Positions 53,173 through 62,007 of a stretch of 64,000 nt of DNA are shown in pieces; position 1 is the first letter of the stretch; the number at the start of each line of letters is the position of its first letter. The position numbers were made by a program, and so were the translations under genes. Source of the stretch: an uncultured delta proteobacterium (GTDB taxonomy: Bacteria; Myxococcota; Kuafuiibacteriia; Kuafuiibacteriales; Kuafuiibacteriaceae); contig CAWDML010000007.1 of assembly GCA_963803435.1 (NCBI GenBank), positions 224,001-288,000 of the forward strand, read 5' to 3'. Below the pieces are notes generated by a model. That model ran no database searches and was not told the origin of the DNA. It saw nothing but the letters and a program-made list of their open reading frames with translations.

Positions 53173-54195
53173 GTGGACGCCGACGACGCCCGCGCGACCA
53201 ACACCGGCCGACGAGCGCTCGTGGTCATCGCCATCATCGCCGGCGTCCTGTTCCTCGAGCGCTCCCGCGACGTCACGATCCCGCTCGCCTTCGCGATCTT
53301 CCTGATCGCGCTCTTTTGGCCTCTCTACGTCCGCCTGGAGCGGCGGCTCCCTCCGAGCCTGGCAGCATTTCTCACGCTGTCCGTCTTCCTGATCGCGGTG
53401 GCGATCCTCGCGTTCGGCCTGATCCAGAGCGGCCGCGTGATCGCCGAGCAGGCGCCGCAGTACTCCGACGATGCCCGACGCTTCGCGGAGAAGCTCCAGG
53501 CGTGGTCGCGCCGCCACGAGCTCCCCATCCCGACCGTCGGCGAGCAGGTCTTCACCGCCATCCAGAGCGCCGCCGCCGACGTGGGAAAGTCGGTCTACGA
53601 TCTCCTGGCAGGCCTCTTCCTGGTGATCGCGTACATGGTCCTCGGGTTCATCGAGGTCCGCCGCATCCGGCGAAAGCTCGCCGAGACCGTCTCACGCGAT
53701 CGTGCGCTCACCTGGCTCGAGACCGCATCGACCATCGCGAGAGACTTCCAGCGCTACGTCCTCGTCCGCACCGGCATCGGCCTCATCACCGCGGTCGGCG
53801 TCGGCGTCGGAGCGTGGGCCATCGGGCTGCAGCTCGCCTTCATCTGGGCGCTCAGCTCGTTTCTTCTCAACTACATCCCGACGCTCGGCTCCATCCTGGC
53901 GGTGCTTCCTCCGGTCATCTTCGCCCTCGTCCAGAAGCAGAGCGCGAGCTACACCCTGCTCACGCTCGGCGTGATGGGCGGCTATCAGCTGATCATCGGC
54001 ATCTACATCGATCCGGTCCTCCAGGGGCGCTACCTGCGGCTCTCCCCGCTCCTGGTCGTCCTCTCCATCGTCTTCTGGAGCTGGATCTGGGGCATCCCGG
54101 GCGCCTTCATCGCGATGCCCGCCACCACCGTCATCCTCCTCATCTGCATGCACACCAAGTCCGCGCGCTGGGCGGCCAGGTTGCTGGTGCCGTAA
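53173..54195 (+). CDS. AI-2E family transporter
   Basis: FLLNYIPTLGS, LSPLLV, FWSWIWGIPGAFIAMP. Confidence 0.92.
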   Translation: MDADDARATNTGRRALVVIAIIAGVLFLERSRDVTIPLAFAIFLIALFWPLYVRLERRLPPSLAAFLTLSVFLIAVAILAFGLIQSGRVIAEQAPQYSDDARRFAEKLQAWSRRHELPIPTVGEQVFTAIQSAAADVGKSVYDLLAGLFLVIAYMVLGFIEVRRIRRKLAETVSRDRALTWLETASTIARDFQRYVLVRTGIGLITAVGVGVGAWAIGLQLAFIWALSSFLLNYIPTLGSILAVLPPVIFALVQKQSASYTLLTLGVMGGYQLIIGIYIDPVLQGRYLRLSPLLVVLSIVFWSWIWGIPGAFIAMPATTVILLICMHTKSARWAARLLVP

Positions 54196-54199
54196 CCGG

Positions 54200-55117
54200 T
54201 CAGACGGTCACCGGGCGGCGCTCCGAGGCCGTCCCGCTCCTCCGCTCGATCGCCTCGATCCGCTGCTCGAGCGGAGGGTGCGAGCGGAACAGCCCGCTCA
54301 GCGACGGACCGCCGCGGATGCCGAACGTCCTGAGACCGTCCGGGAGATCGGAGGGAAGCTCGGCGGCCTGCTGGAGCCGGCGGAGCGCGCCCACCATGCG
54401 GGCCGGGCCGACCAGGTCGGCGCTCCCGGCATCGGCGCGAAACTCTCGCCGCCGCGAGAACGCCATGACGATGAGGGTGGCGAGCAGCCCGAGGACGAGC
54501 TGCATAACGATGTTCGTGACCCAGAACCCGGGTCCACGCCCGCGTTCCTGTCGGAAGATCGTGCGATCGACGGCGACGCCGATGAGCCGGGCCACGAAGA
54601 TGACGAAGGTGTTGAGCACTCCCTGGAGCAAGGCCATCGTCACCATGTCCCCGTTCGCGACGTGCGTGATCTCGTGCCCGAGGACCGCCTCGATCTCGTC
54701 ACGGTTCATCGTGCGGAGGAGGCCGGTGGAGACGGCGACGAGCGCATGATCGCGGCGGGCGCCGGTGGCGAAGGCGTTAACGTCGGGGCTCTCGAACACA
54801 CCGATCTCCGGCATGCCGATCTTGGATCGACGTGCGAGCTCGGCGATCGTATCGAACAACCAGCGCTCACCCTCGGAGGCGGAGCCGTCGATCATCGTCA
54901 GCTGCATCGACGAGCGCGCCAGCCACTTCGACAACGCCAGCGAGACGAAGGCGCCGCCGAAGCCGAACAGCGCAGCCACCAGCAGCACGCTGCGGTAGTC
55001 GAGACCGATCTCGGCCTGGATCCACCGATCGATGCCGAGCAGCTTCAGCGCGACCGAGAGGACGAGCAGAACGCCCAGGTTCGTCGCCAGGAACAAGCTG
55101 ATCCGCTTGAGGTACAC
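54200..55117 (-). CDS. htpX: Zinc metalloprotease HtpX
   Basis: KRISLFLATN, NAFATG, HEITHVANGDMVT, FSRRREFRAD, SHPPLEQRI. Confidence 0.95.
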   Translation of the reverse strand: MYLKRISLFLATNLGVLLVLSVALKLLGIDRWIQAEIGLDYRSVLLVAALFGFGGAFVSLALSKWLARSSMQLTMIDGSASEGERWLFDTIAELARRSKIGMPEIGVFESPDVNAFATGARRDHALVAVSTGLLRTMNRDEIEAVLGHEITHVANGDMVTMALLQGVLNTFVIFVARLIGVAVDRTIFRQERGRGPGFWVTNIVMQLVLGLLATLIVMAFSRRREFRADAGSADLVGPARMVGALRRLQQAAELPSDLPDGLRTFGIRGGPSLSGLFRSHPPLEQRIEAIERRSGTASERRPVTV

Positions 55118-55128
55118 GTGCGGATCAA

Positions 55129-55144
55129 TGCACGTTTCGGACCG
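55129..55144 (-). promoter_or_regulatory. Putative sigma54 promoter (htpX)
   Basis: CGGTCCGAAACGTGCA; 13 nt to GTG 55117. Confidence 0.62.
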
Positions 55145-55147
55145 GCG

Positions 55148-56200
55148 CTACTCCCGCTTCAAGCCGTCCTTCGCGATCGTCATTCGAACGATCGCCTTGA
55201 GGATCACGTTCCGTTTCACCTCGCCGAGCACCTCGCGGAGGTCGTGATAGATCTGCGGGTCCTTGAGCAGGCCGCCGATCGTCCCCTGGCCGTGGTCGAC
55301 CTCGTCCAGGATGCGCCGCAGCGTCGCGGCCGCATCGCTCAGATCGCGCCCGATGCCCTCCCCGCCGGCGCCCTTCCGCACGTCGCCCATCAACCCGTGC
55401 AGCTCCTCCAGCGCCCCGGAGAGCTCCGCAAAGGCGTCGCGCGCCCGCTCGTCGTAGATGGCGGCGTGGGCGAGTCCATCTCCATGCTCGACCTGATCGA
55501 GGATCCGTTCCGCGGAATCGACCGCCCGATCCAGGCGGGTCAAGGCGCGGCGCGCGGAGGCCATCGTGCCTCCGGCGTCCTTGGCCAGCTGCTCGTCGTA
55601 GATGAGGTTGTGCGCGAGCCCATGCCCCTGCTCGACCTTCGCCATCACGTTGGCGAGCGAGCGGGCGATCCGGTTGACGTCCGTCGCCAGGTCCGGGGTC
55701 AGCACGGTCTCGAGGCGGTCGCGCACCACGTTGGAGATCTCCTCCACATTCTTTGCGCCGGTCTCCAGGGCCGCCACCACCTCCGCGATCCCGCGCGGAC
55801 CCTGGCTCTTCAACCGGTCGCCATCGTGGACGGCCGGTGCAGTCTCGCTCCCCAGGCTGATCTCGATCAGCGGATCACCGAGCAGTCCGCGCGTGTCGAT
55901 CGTCGCGACCGAATCTTCGCGGATGCGATCGAGGTACCGCTCGTCGACCGACATCACCACGACGACCTCGTTCTGCTTCTCGGGCAGGTAGACCCGGGAG
56001 ACCTGCCCGATCTGCATGCCGGCCAGCCGCACCGATGCGCCCGGGACCAACCCGGTGACGTCTTCGAAGGCAGCATCCAACGTCACCGTCTCTCCGAACA
56101 GCGAGGCGGCCCCTTTGAGGACCACGAGCATCAACGCCAGCCCTATCGCTGCCAGCACGATCACCGTGCCGACCCGGATCCTTCTCGTGGTCTCGTTCAT
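55148..56200 (-). CDS. mlaD: MlaD/MCE domain protein with a long helical tail
   Basis: N-terminal TM, GLVPGASVRLAGMQIGQV, TRGLLGD, GTIGGLLKD. Confidence 0.9.
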   Translation of the reverse strand: MNETTRRIRVGTVIVLAAIGLALMLVVLKGAASLFGETVTLDAAFEDVTGLVPGASVRLAGMQIGQVSRVYLPEKQNEVVVVMSVDERYLDRIREDSVATIDTRGLLGDPLIEISLGSETAPAVHDGDRLKSQGPRGIAEVVAALETGAKNVEEISNVVRDRLETVLTPDLATDVNRIARSLANVMAKVEQGHGLAHNLIYDEQLAKDAGGTMASARRALTRLDRAVDSAERILDQVEHGDGLAHAAIYDERARDAFAELSGALEELHGLMGDVRKGAGGEGIGRDLSDAAATLRRILDEVDHGQGTIGGLLKDPQIYHDLREVLGEVKRNVILKAIVRMTIAKDGLKRE

Positions 56201-56950
56201 GCGCACCTCACATCCGAGCCGCCATCGAGGAACGCCCGCACCTCCTCCGTGCGCGAGCTCCGGAAGGACTCGACATCGGCGGCCTCGATGATCCGCCCTT
56301 CCACCAGCAGCGCCATCCGATCGGCGATCGCGAAGGCGCTCTGGAGATCGTGCGTCACCATCACCGACGTGACGCCGATGCGGCTTCTCAGGCGCGCGAT
56401 CAGCGCGATGACGCGGCGCGTGTTGCTCGGATCGAGGCCCGCGGTCGGCTCGTCGTAGAGCAGCACCTCGGGCTTGGTCGCCAGCCCGCGGGCCAGGGCC
56501 ACGCGCTTCTTCATCCCACCCGAGAGCTGCGCCGGTAGGGCGCTCTCCTCTTCCTCGAGGCCCACCATCTCCAGCTTCTCCCTCACCTCCTCCGCCACTC
56601 GCTCCTCGTCGTCGCCGGCCTCGCGGAGCGGGAAGGCGACGTTGTCGAACACGCTCATCGAGTCGAAGAGCGCGCTCTCCTGGAAGACCAGTGAGAGACG
56701 GCGACGCACGCGGCGCAGCTCCCGCTCCCTCAAGGAGGTCAGAATCTTGACCTTCGAAGAACACGTGACCCGCATCGGCGCGCTCGAGCCCGATGATCGT
56801 TCGCAGGAAGACACTCTTGCCGCTGCCCGACTCTCCGAGGACCGCGAGGATCTCGCCGCGCTCGATCGAGAGGTCGAGGTGGTCGAGGATCAGCTTGCCG
56901 CCGAACGACTTCGTCAGCCCCTCGATGCGGATGAGCGGCTCCATTCCCAC
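56197..56950 (-). CDS. mlaF: MlaF-type ABC ATPase; +1 frameshift at about 56743
   Basis: GESGSGKS in one frame; FQESALFDS, LSGGMKKRVALAR, YDEPTAGLDP, VTHD in the next. Confidence 0.9.
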
Positions 56951-56951
56951 C

Positions 56952-57716
56952 TCAGTACCCGATCCGGTAGAAGAGCGTGGTCATGATGAAGTCGGCGAAG
57001 AGGACCACGATCGCGCTGGCGACCACGGTCTTGGTGGCCGCCGATCCGACCTCGCGCGTCCCCGCCCGGACCGCCAGCCCCTGGTAGCAGGCGATCGTCC
57101 CCACGATGATTCCGAAGACGATCGTCTTCGCCACGCCGCCGAGGAAGTCGGACGCAAACACGAGGTCCCGCGTGGTGTAGATGAAGTAGATCGGGCGAAC
57201 GTGGTACTCGAGCCGCGAGATCAGCATCGCTCCGCCCACGCCCAGAAGGTCGGCGATGATGGTGAGCAGCGGAAAGGCGATCACGCAGGCGATGATCCGG
57301 GGCCCCACCAGCTTCTCGTCGGGGTCGGCTCCCATCGCGCGCAACGCCGCCACCTGGTCGGTCACCTTCATCGCGCCCAGCTCGGCGGCGATCCCGGCGC
57401 CGATGCGCGCGCCGGCGGTCAGCGTCGTGATGACCGGCCCGAGCTCGCGGAAGATCGCGACCGTCACGACCGGTCCGACGTACTGAATGCTCCCGAATCG
57501 CTCGAACTGCATGCCGATCTGGAACGTCATCACCATGCTCGAGAACATCGCCGTCAGCACCACGATCGGGAGTGATGAAAACGCCGCCGAGTCGAGCTGC
57601 TGCATCAGGTCGAGCTTCCAGAAGCGCCGCACGCTGGCGACGAAGCCTCGCCCGAGCAGCTCGGCCGCCTCCCCGACCGCCTCCATCGCGGGCATCAACA
57701 AGGCTCGACGCTGCAC
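56952..57716 (-). CDS. mlaE: MlaE-type ABC permease
   Basis: RELGPV, RIGAGIAAELGAMKVTDQ, VGSAATKTVV. Confidence 0.93.
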   Translation of the reverse strand: MQRRALLMPAMEAVGEAAELLGRGFVASVRRFWKLDLMQQLDSAAFSSLPIVVLTAMFSSMVMTFQIGMQFERFGSIQYVGPVVTVAIFRELGPVITTLTAGARIGAGIAAELGAMKVTDQVAALRAMGADPDEKLVGPRIIACVIAFPLLTIIADLLGVGGAMLISRLEYHVRPIYFIYTTRDLVFASDFLGGVAKTIVFGIIVGTIACYQGLAVRAGTREVGSAATKTVVASAIVVLFADFIMTTLFYRIGY

Positions 57717-58234
57717 GCCCAGCCCTCCTGCTTCTCTCCGACCAGCGACCTCTCACCGCCCGCGGCCTCGAACCCCTCAACGAAGCGATCGAAGTCGGGT
57801 CGGGCGGTGACGAGCTCCTCGGGGCTGGCGGTCAGCCCCAGATCGTAGATGCATCCGTTCTTCATCATCACGATCGCATCGAGCCCGATCGGGACGCCGT
57901 CCATCTCGCCCTGCACGGTCACCCGCAAGCCCTTGCGGCCGGCGATGGTGATCTCGCGCCTCTGCTCGCTCTTCACGTCGATGCCGTAGATGAGATTGTT
58001 GGCGAGGATGTCGAGGGGCGCGTCTTCCTTCTTGCACTCGACGTTGGCGTAGATGGTCCCACCGCCGGGCGCCCGAAAGGCGACGTCGCTCTTGGCGTCG
58101 ACCTGCCGCCAGCGCGGCGGTAGCGGGCCGACGCGAAAAACGACGTGATCGCCGCGGTAGACACCGTTGGCAAACGTGGCACCCCCGCAGCCTGCGAGGA
58201 GGGCAAGACCGACGGCATGGACGACGCGCCTCAC
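57695..58234 (-). CDS. Lipoprotein of unknown function heading the mla-like operon
   Basis: Lipobox LAGC; KNGCIYD...DFDRFVEGF. Confidence 0.75.
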   Translation of the reverse strand: MRRVVHAVGLALLAGCGGATFANGVYRGDHVVFRVGPLPPRWRQVDAKSDVAFRAPGGGTIYANVECKKEDAPLDILANNLIYGIDVKSEQRREITIAGRKGLRVTVQGEMDGVPIGLDAIVMMKNGCIYDLGLTASPEELVTARPDFDRFVEGFEAAGGERSLVGEKQEGWACSVEPC

Positions 58235-58248
58235 GACCCCGGAAGAGG

Positions 58249-58264
58249 TCCACGACGCGTGCCA
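58249..58264 (-). promoter_or_regulatory. Sigma54-like promoter with a variant -12 element
   Basis: TGGCACGCGTCGTGGA (perfect -24, GG instead of GC); 16 nt to GTG 58234. Confidence 0.45.
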
Positions 58265-58407
58265 GCTCGGCGGATTCACCATTCGCGATCGATCTGCGCG
58301 ATGGATCCCGGTCCTCGAGCGTCTTCGGGTTGGGGCGACTTGGGACTCGCGGGGCCATCTGACTCACCTGATCCCGAGGGTTCTCTCCATTTCGCAGTGC
58401 GTTGTCA

Positions 58408-58423
58408 TGGTCTGAGGGGTGCA
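58408..58423 (+). promoter_or_regulatory. Putative sigma54 promoter (otsA)
   Basis: TGGTCTGAGGGGTGCA; 15 nt to ATG 58437. Confidence 0.6.
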
Positions 58424-58436
58424 GGCCGGCGGGCGC

Positions 58437-59846
58437 ATGAAGCTCGATGGACGGCTCATCGTGCTCACGAATCGCGAGCCCTTCGCGGTCTCCGAGCGCG
58501 ACGGAAAGCGGATGGTGGAGCGACCCACGGGGGGGTTGATCGCGGCGCTCGAGCCTGCGATGCGATCGACGCGCGGCGTCTGGATCTCGAGCGATGAGCA
58601 CGACGCGGCCGACGATCCCGACGTGGCCGCGCAGATCGCCCCGCTCGAGTATTCGTGGCGCCCGGTCGCGATCCCGCGCGAGCTCTACGAGGGCTATTAC
58701 TTCGGCCTGGCGAATCAAGCGCTGTGGCCCCTGTATCACTCACGGCCGAGCGCGGCCGTCTATCTCCGCTCGCAATGGGACCAGTACCACAAGGTCAACG
58801 ACATGTTCGCCGAGGTCACCCACAGCGCGCTCGTGCCGCAGGACGTGGTCTGGATCCACGACTACCAGCTCAGCCTGGTGCCCCACGCGCTCAGGCGCCG
58901 AGGCCTCCCACCGGGGCTGCGGATCGGCTTTCTGCTCCACGTCCCCTTCCCCTCGTACGAGCTGTTCCGCACCTTCCCGTGGGGCAAGGAGGTGCTCGAG
59001 GGCATGCTGGGGGCGAGCCTGATCGTCTTTCACGTCATCGAGTACTGCGAGCACTTCTTCGACTGCGTCGAGCATCTCCTGAACCTCCGCTGCGATCGCC
59101 TGCGCGGCCGGATCCGGTATCAGGACCGCTGGGTCAACGTGCGCGCCGTCCCCATCGGGATCGACACCGACCAGATCTACCGGACCATCGACACGCCCGA
59201 GACGCAGCAGAGGGCCGCGGAGATCAAGGCCAGCCTCGGCACCGAACACCTGGTCCTCGGGGTCGATCGCCTCGACCACACCAAAGGCATCAAGGAGCGG
59301 CTGCAAGCGTTCGAGATCTTTCTCGGCCGACACGAACAGTGGCGAAACAAGGTCACGATGGTGCAGATCGCCGTGCCGAGCCGGGACCGCATCGAGGACT
59401 ATCAGCAGCTCCGGATCGAGATCGAGCAGCAGGCCGGTCACCTCAACGGGCTCTTCGGCAACCCACGATGGACGCCGCTGACCCTGATGGTCCGCTCGGT
59501 CCCCTTCGATGAGCTGATCGCCTACTATCTCGCCGCAGATGTGGCGATGGTGACGCCGCTCCGCGACGGGATGAATCTGGTGGCCAAAGAGTACGTGGCG
59601 GCCCACCGGGATCGCCCCGGCGTGCTGATCCTGAGCGAGTTCGCCGGTGCCGCACAGCAGCTCACCGAGGCCGATCTGGTCAATCCCTACGACACTGACG
59701 GCATGGCGGAGTCGCTCCATCGTGCGCTCGCGCTCCTCCCGGACGTGCCGCGGCGACCGATGCGATCCATGAACGCGAAGGTGGCGCGGTTCGACATTCG
59801 CTACTGGATGGACTGCTTCCTCAGCGAAATGCTGTATGTGGATTGA
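58437..59846 (+). CDS. otsA: Trehalose-6-phosphate synthase (GT20)
   Basis: [54 protein letters not shown]. Confidence 0.93.
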   Translation: MKLDGRLIVLTNREPFAVSERDGKRMVERPTGGLIAALEPAMRSTRGVWISSDEHDAADDPDVAAQIAPLEYSWRPVAIPRELYEGYYFGLANQALWPLYHSRPSAAVYLRSQWDQYHKVNDMFAEVTHSALVPQDVVWIHDYQLSLVPHALRRRGLPPGLRIGFLLHVPFPSYELFRTFPWGKEVLEGMLGASLIVFHVIEYCEHFFDCVEHLLNLRCDRLRGRIRYQDRWVNVRAVPIGIDTDQIYRTIDTPETQQRAAEIKASLGTEHLVLGVDRLDHTKGIKERLQAFEIFLGRHEQWRNKVTMVQIAVPSRDRIEDYQQLRIEIEQQAGHLNGLFGNPRWTPLTLMVRSVPFDELIAYYLAADVAMVTPLRDGMNLVAKEYVAAHRDRPGVLILSEFAGAAQQLTEADLVNPYDTDGMAESLHRALALLPDVPRRPMRSMNAKVARFDIRYWMDCFLSEMLYVD

Positions 59847-59848
59847 GT

Positions 59849-59864
59849 TGGTATGGGCTCTGCT
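59849..59864 (+). promoter_or_regulatory. Putative sigma54 promoter (ferritin-like gene)
   Basis: TGGTATGGGCTCTGCT; 14 nt to ATG 59877. Confidence 0.72.
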
Positions 59865-59876
59865 TTGTGGAGCCCC

Positions 59877-60416
59877 ATGGCCAAGCCTTTCGAATTCGAC
59901 ATCAAGTCCGTACGAAACCACGCGCGCGAGTCCCTGCGTGACGGTCCGGTCACCGAAGCCTACGGGCTCGACCGAGAGCAGGTGGTCGAGTCGTTGAACG
60001 ACGTCCTCGCCACCGAGGTGGTGTGCTCGCTCCGCTATCGCTATCACTACTACGTGGCGGACGGGATCCACGGGCGCTCGGTCGCCGGAGAGCTCCTCGA
60101 GCACGCCAACGAGGAGTCCCAGCACGCGGACTGGGTGGCCGAGCGGATCACGCAGCTCGGCGGCAAGCCGCAGCTCGATCCCGCCGAGATCAGCCGCCGA
60201 TCGCACGTGCAGTACCAGACCGGCAGCACGCTCATCGAGATGCTGCGCGAGGACCTGATCGCGGAGCGGATCGCGATCGAGACCTACTCGCAGCTCATCC
60301 GTTGGCTAGGAGACAAGGATCCCACCACTCGGCGGCTGATGGAGCGGATCCTGAGAACCGAAGAGGAGCACGCCACCGATCTGACCGATTTCCTCGCCCG
60401 GTTTCCGGACAGCTAG
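59877..60416 (+). CDS. Ferritin-like/bacterioferritin family di-iron protein
   Basis: ATEVVC.LRY, EESQH, ERITQLGG, AERIAIETY, EEEH. Confidence 0.9.
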   Translation: MAKPFEFDIKSVRNHARESLRDGPVTEAYGLDREQVVESLNDVLATEVVCSLRYRYHYYVADGIHGRSVAGELLEHANEESQHADWVAERITQLGGKPQLDPAEISRRSHVQYQTGSTLIEMLREDLIAERIAIETYSQLIRWLGDKDPTTRRLMERILRTEEEHATDLTDFLARFPDS

Positions 60417-60425
60417 ACACGCACC

Positions 60426-60608
60426 TCACCTCCAGCGTTGCAGCTCTCTCCCCGAGACCAGCGCCGCGAGCAGCGCGATCGCCGCCAGGATCACGAACCC
60501 CCAGAAGAGGACCTGCGCGATCGACGCCGCTCCCGCGGCGATCCCACCGTAGCCGAAGACCGCCGCGATCAGCGCGACCACGAAAAAGGCCAACGCAAGT
60601 TTCAGCAT
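60426..60608 (-). CDS. DUF1328 (YtjA-like) small membrane protein
   Basis: ALAFFVVALIAAVFGYGGIAAGAASIAQVLF; AAAGGAG RBS. Confidence 0.92.
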   Translation of the reverse strand: MLKLALAFFVVALIAAVFGYGGIAAGAASIAQVLFWGFVILAAIALLAALVSGRELQRWR

Positions 60609-60638
60609 GAGAGCATCTCCTTTCCTACGCCCTCAGGG

Positions 60639-60654
60639 TGCAGGGCGCAGGCCA
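60639..60654 (-). promoter_or_regulatory. Putative sigma54 promoter (DUF1328)
   Basis: TGGCCTGCGCCCTGCA; 32 nt to ATG 60608. Confidence 0.65.
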
Positions 60655-60673
60655 GCGCCCCCAGGGCTCGAGG

Positions 60674-61538
60674 TCATCGTCGCGCGCACTCGAGGTCGTA
60701 GAGAATCTGGACAGTCGAGTCGCTCTGCTCGTCGTAGACCATCGCTTCCTCGGTGGCCGCGTCGGGGACGACGTCCGGAACCGGTGGGACGCATTGTTCG
60801 TCGATCATCTCCGCGTAATCGACAATCGCAGCCATCGTGGCTTCGAGGCGCGCAATCTCCTGCTCCAGCTTGCCGAAGTTCGCGAGTCGCGCCCGCAACA
60901 GCGCGCGCTGGCGACGCACACCGATGGACTCCGGCATCTCCCGTAGCCGCTCCAGACGGCGCTCGAGGAAGTCGCGTTTGGCCCCGGACACGCACTCGCG
61001 GCGCGCGCGCATCGCGACCCCGCACCGGACGAAGTTGGCGACCAACGCCGCCAGCCCCAGCTCCTGCTCGAGACACTCGTATTGGAGCGGGCTTCCGCGC
61101 CCGAGCTTCTCGCGGATGGTGCACGTCAGAATCCTCGAGGTACTCGAGCCGACGGCGATCCTCCTGACTCATCTGGAGCCGGGAGGTGGCCTGACGCGTG
61201 CGGCAATCGTCCTCGGTGCGGACATCGTTCTTCTTGTCGACCCAGCTGCGAAAACGCCTGCGCGTGGAGATGAGGCCGCTGAGCGCGAACAGCAGCGTGG
61301 TGAAGAGGACCATCACCCAAAACGACCCGGTCGCCAGCAGCGACAGCGTCGCCAGTGCCGGATAGATCGGCCAGAACGGACCACGAAACGTCTCACGCCA
61401 GTAGTACAGTGGTCCCGGACGTACGCTCTGGAGCGACCTCCACTCGAAGGAGAAGCCGGGGTCATCGGTGGGCTCGTCGAACGCGACCTTCGCCAGCGGT
61501 AGGAGCGGGTCTTTCAGCACGGAGATCGGGTCAGTCAC
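60674..61538 (-). CDS. Hypothetical two-TM plus coiled-coil protein; +1 frameshift at about 61130
   Basis: N-part MTDPISV...two TMs...LEYLED in ORF 60633-61652; C-part LTCTIREK...EQEIARLEATM in the frame of ORF 60674-61045. Confidence 0.6.
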
Positions 61539-61551
61539 GAGGCTGTAGACA

Positions 61552-61567
61552 AGCAATGCTCGTGCCC
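61552..61567 (-). promoter_or_regulatory. Putative sigma54 promoter
   Basis: GGGCACGAGCATTGCT; 15 nt to GTG 61538. Confidence 0.78.
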
Positions 61568-61658
61568 CCTGCACGCCGAACTCGACGGACGCGGGGCGCG
61601 GTGGACGGAGCGTAGCGTCTTGGCGCGGCCGGCGCTCGGACTGCTCGTGCACTCACGA

Positions 61659-61674
61659 TGGCACGCTGATTGAG
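61659..61674 (+). promoter_or_regulatory. Sigma54-like promoter with TTGA at -12
   Basis: TGGCACGCTGATTGAG; 16 nt to ATG 61689. Confidence 0.55.
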
Positions 61675-61688
61675 AATGCGTGTGCCCC

Positions 61689-61946
61689 ATGAGTGCCAGG
61701 AAACGCAAAGCTCGCCGGCTCCAGTCTCCCGACGGATCGATCATCGACTATCCCGATCTGCCCACCGTCCAGGAGTGGATCGCGGAGGGCCGCGTCGATC
61801 GTTCCTATCAGATCTATGATTCCATGAGGCGTCGGTGGTGCGCGCTGGAAGAGGTCCCCGATCTGGCCGCCTTCCTGCGCCTTCGCGAGGCGAGCGACCC
61901 CTGGGAACGCGCACACACGCTTTACCTGGCCGGCTTGGGCTCGTAG
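61689..61946 (+). CDS. Small protein, GYF_2-like pattern (85 aa)
   Basis: VQEWIAEGRV...W..LEEVPDLA pattern. Confidence 0.6.
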   Translation: MSARKRKARRLQSPDGSIIDYPDLPTVQEWIAEGRVDRSYQIYDSMRRRWCALEEVPDLAAFLRLREASDPWERAHTLYLAGLGS

Positions 61947-61979
61947 GACCCATATCGAGATCGAAGCATGACCGCTCTC

Positions 61980-61995
61980 TGGCACGTCCCGTGCT
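61980..61995 (+). promoter_or_regulatory. Putative sigma54 promoter
   Basis: TGGCACGTCCCGTGCT; 14 nt to GTG 62008. Confidence 0.8.
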
Positions 61996-62007
61996 CCCGT
62001 TCACTTC

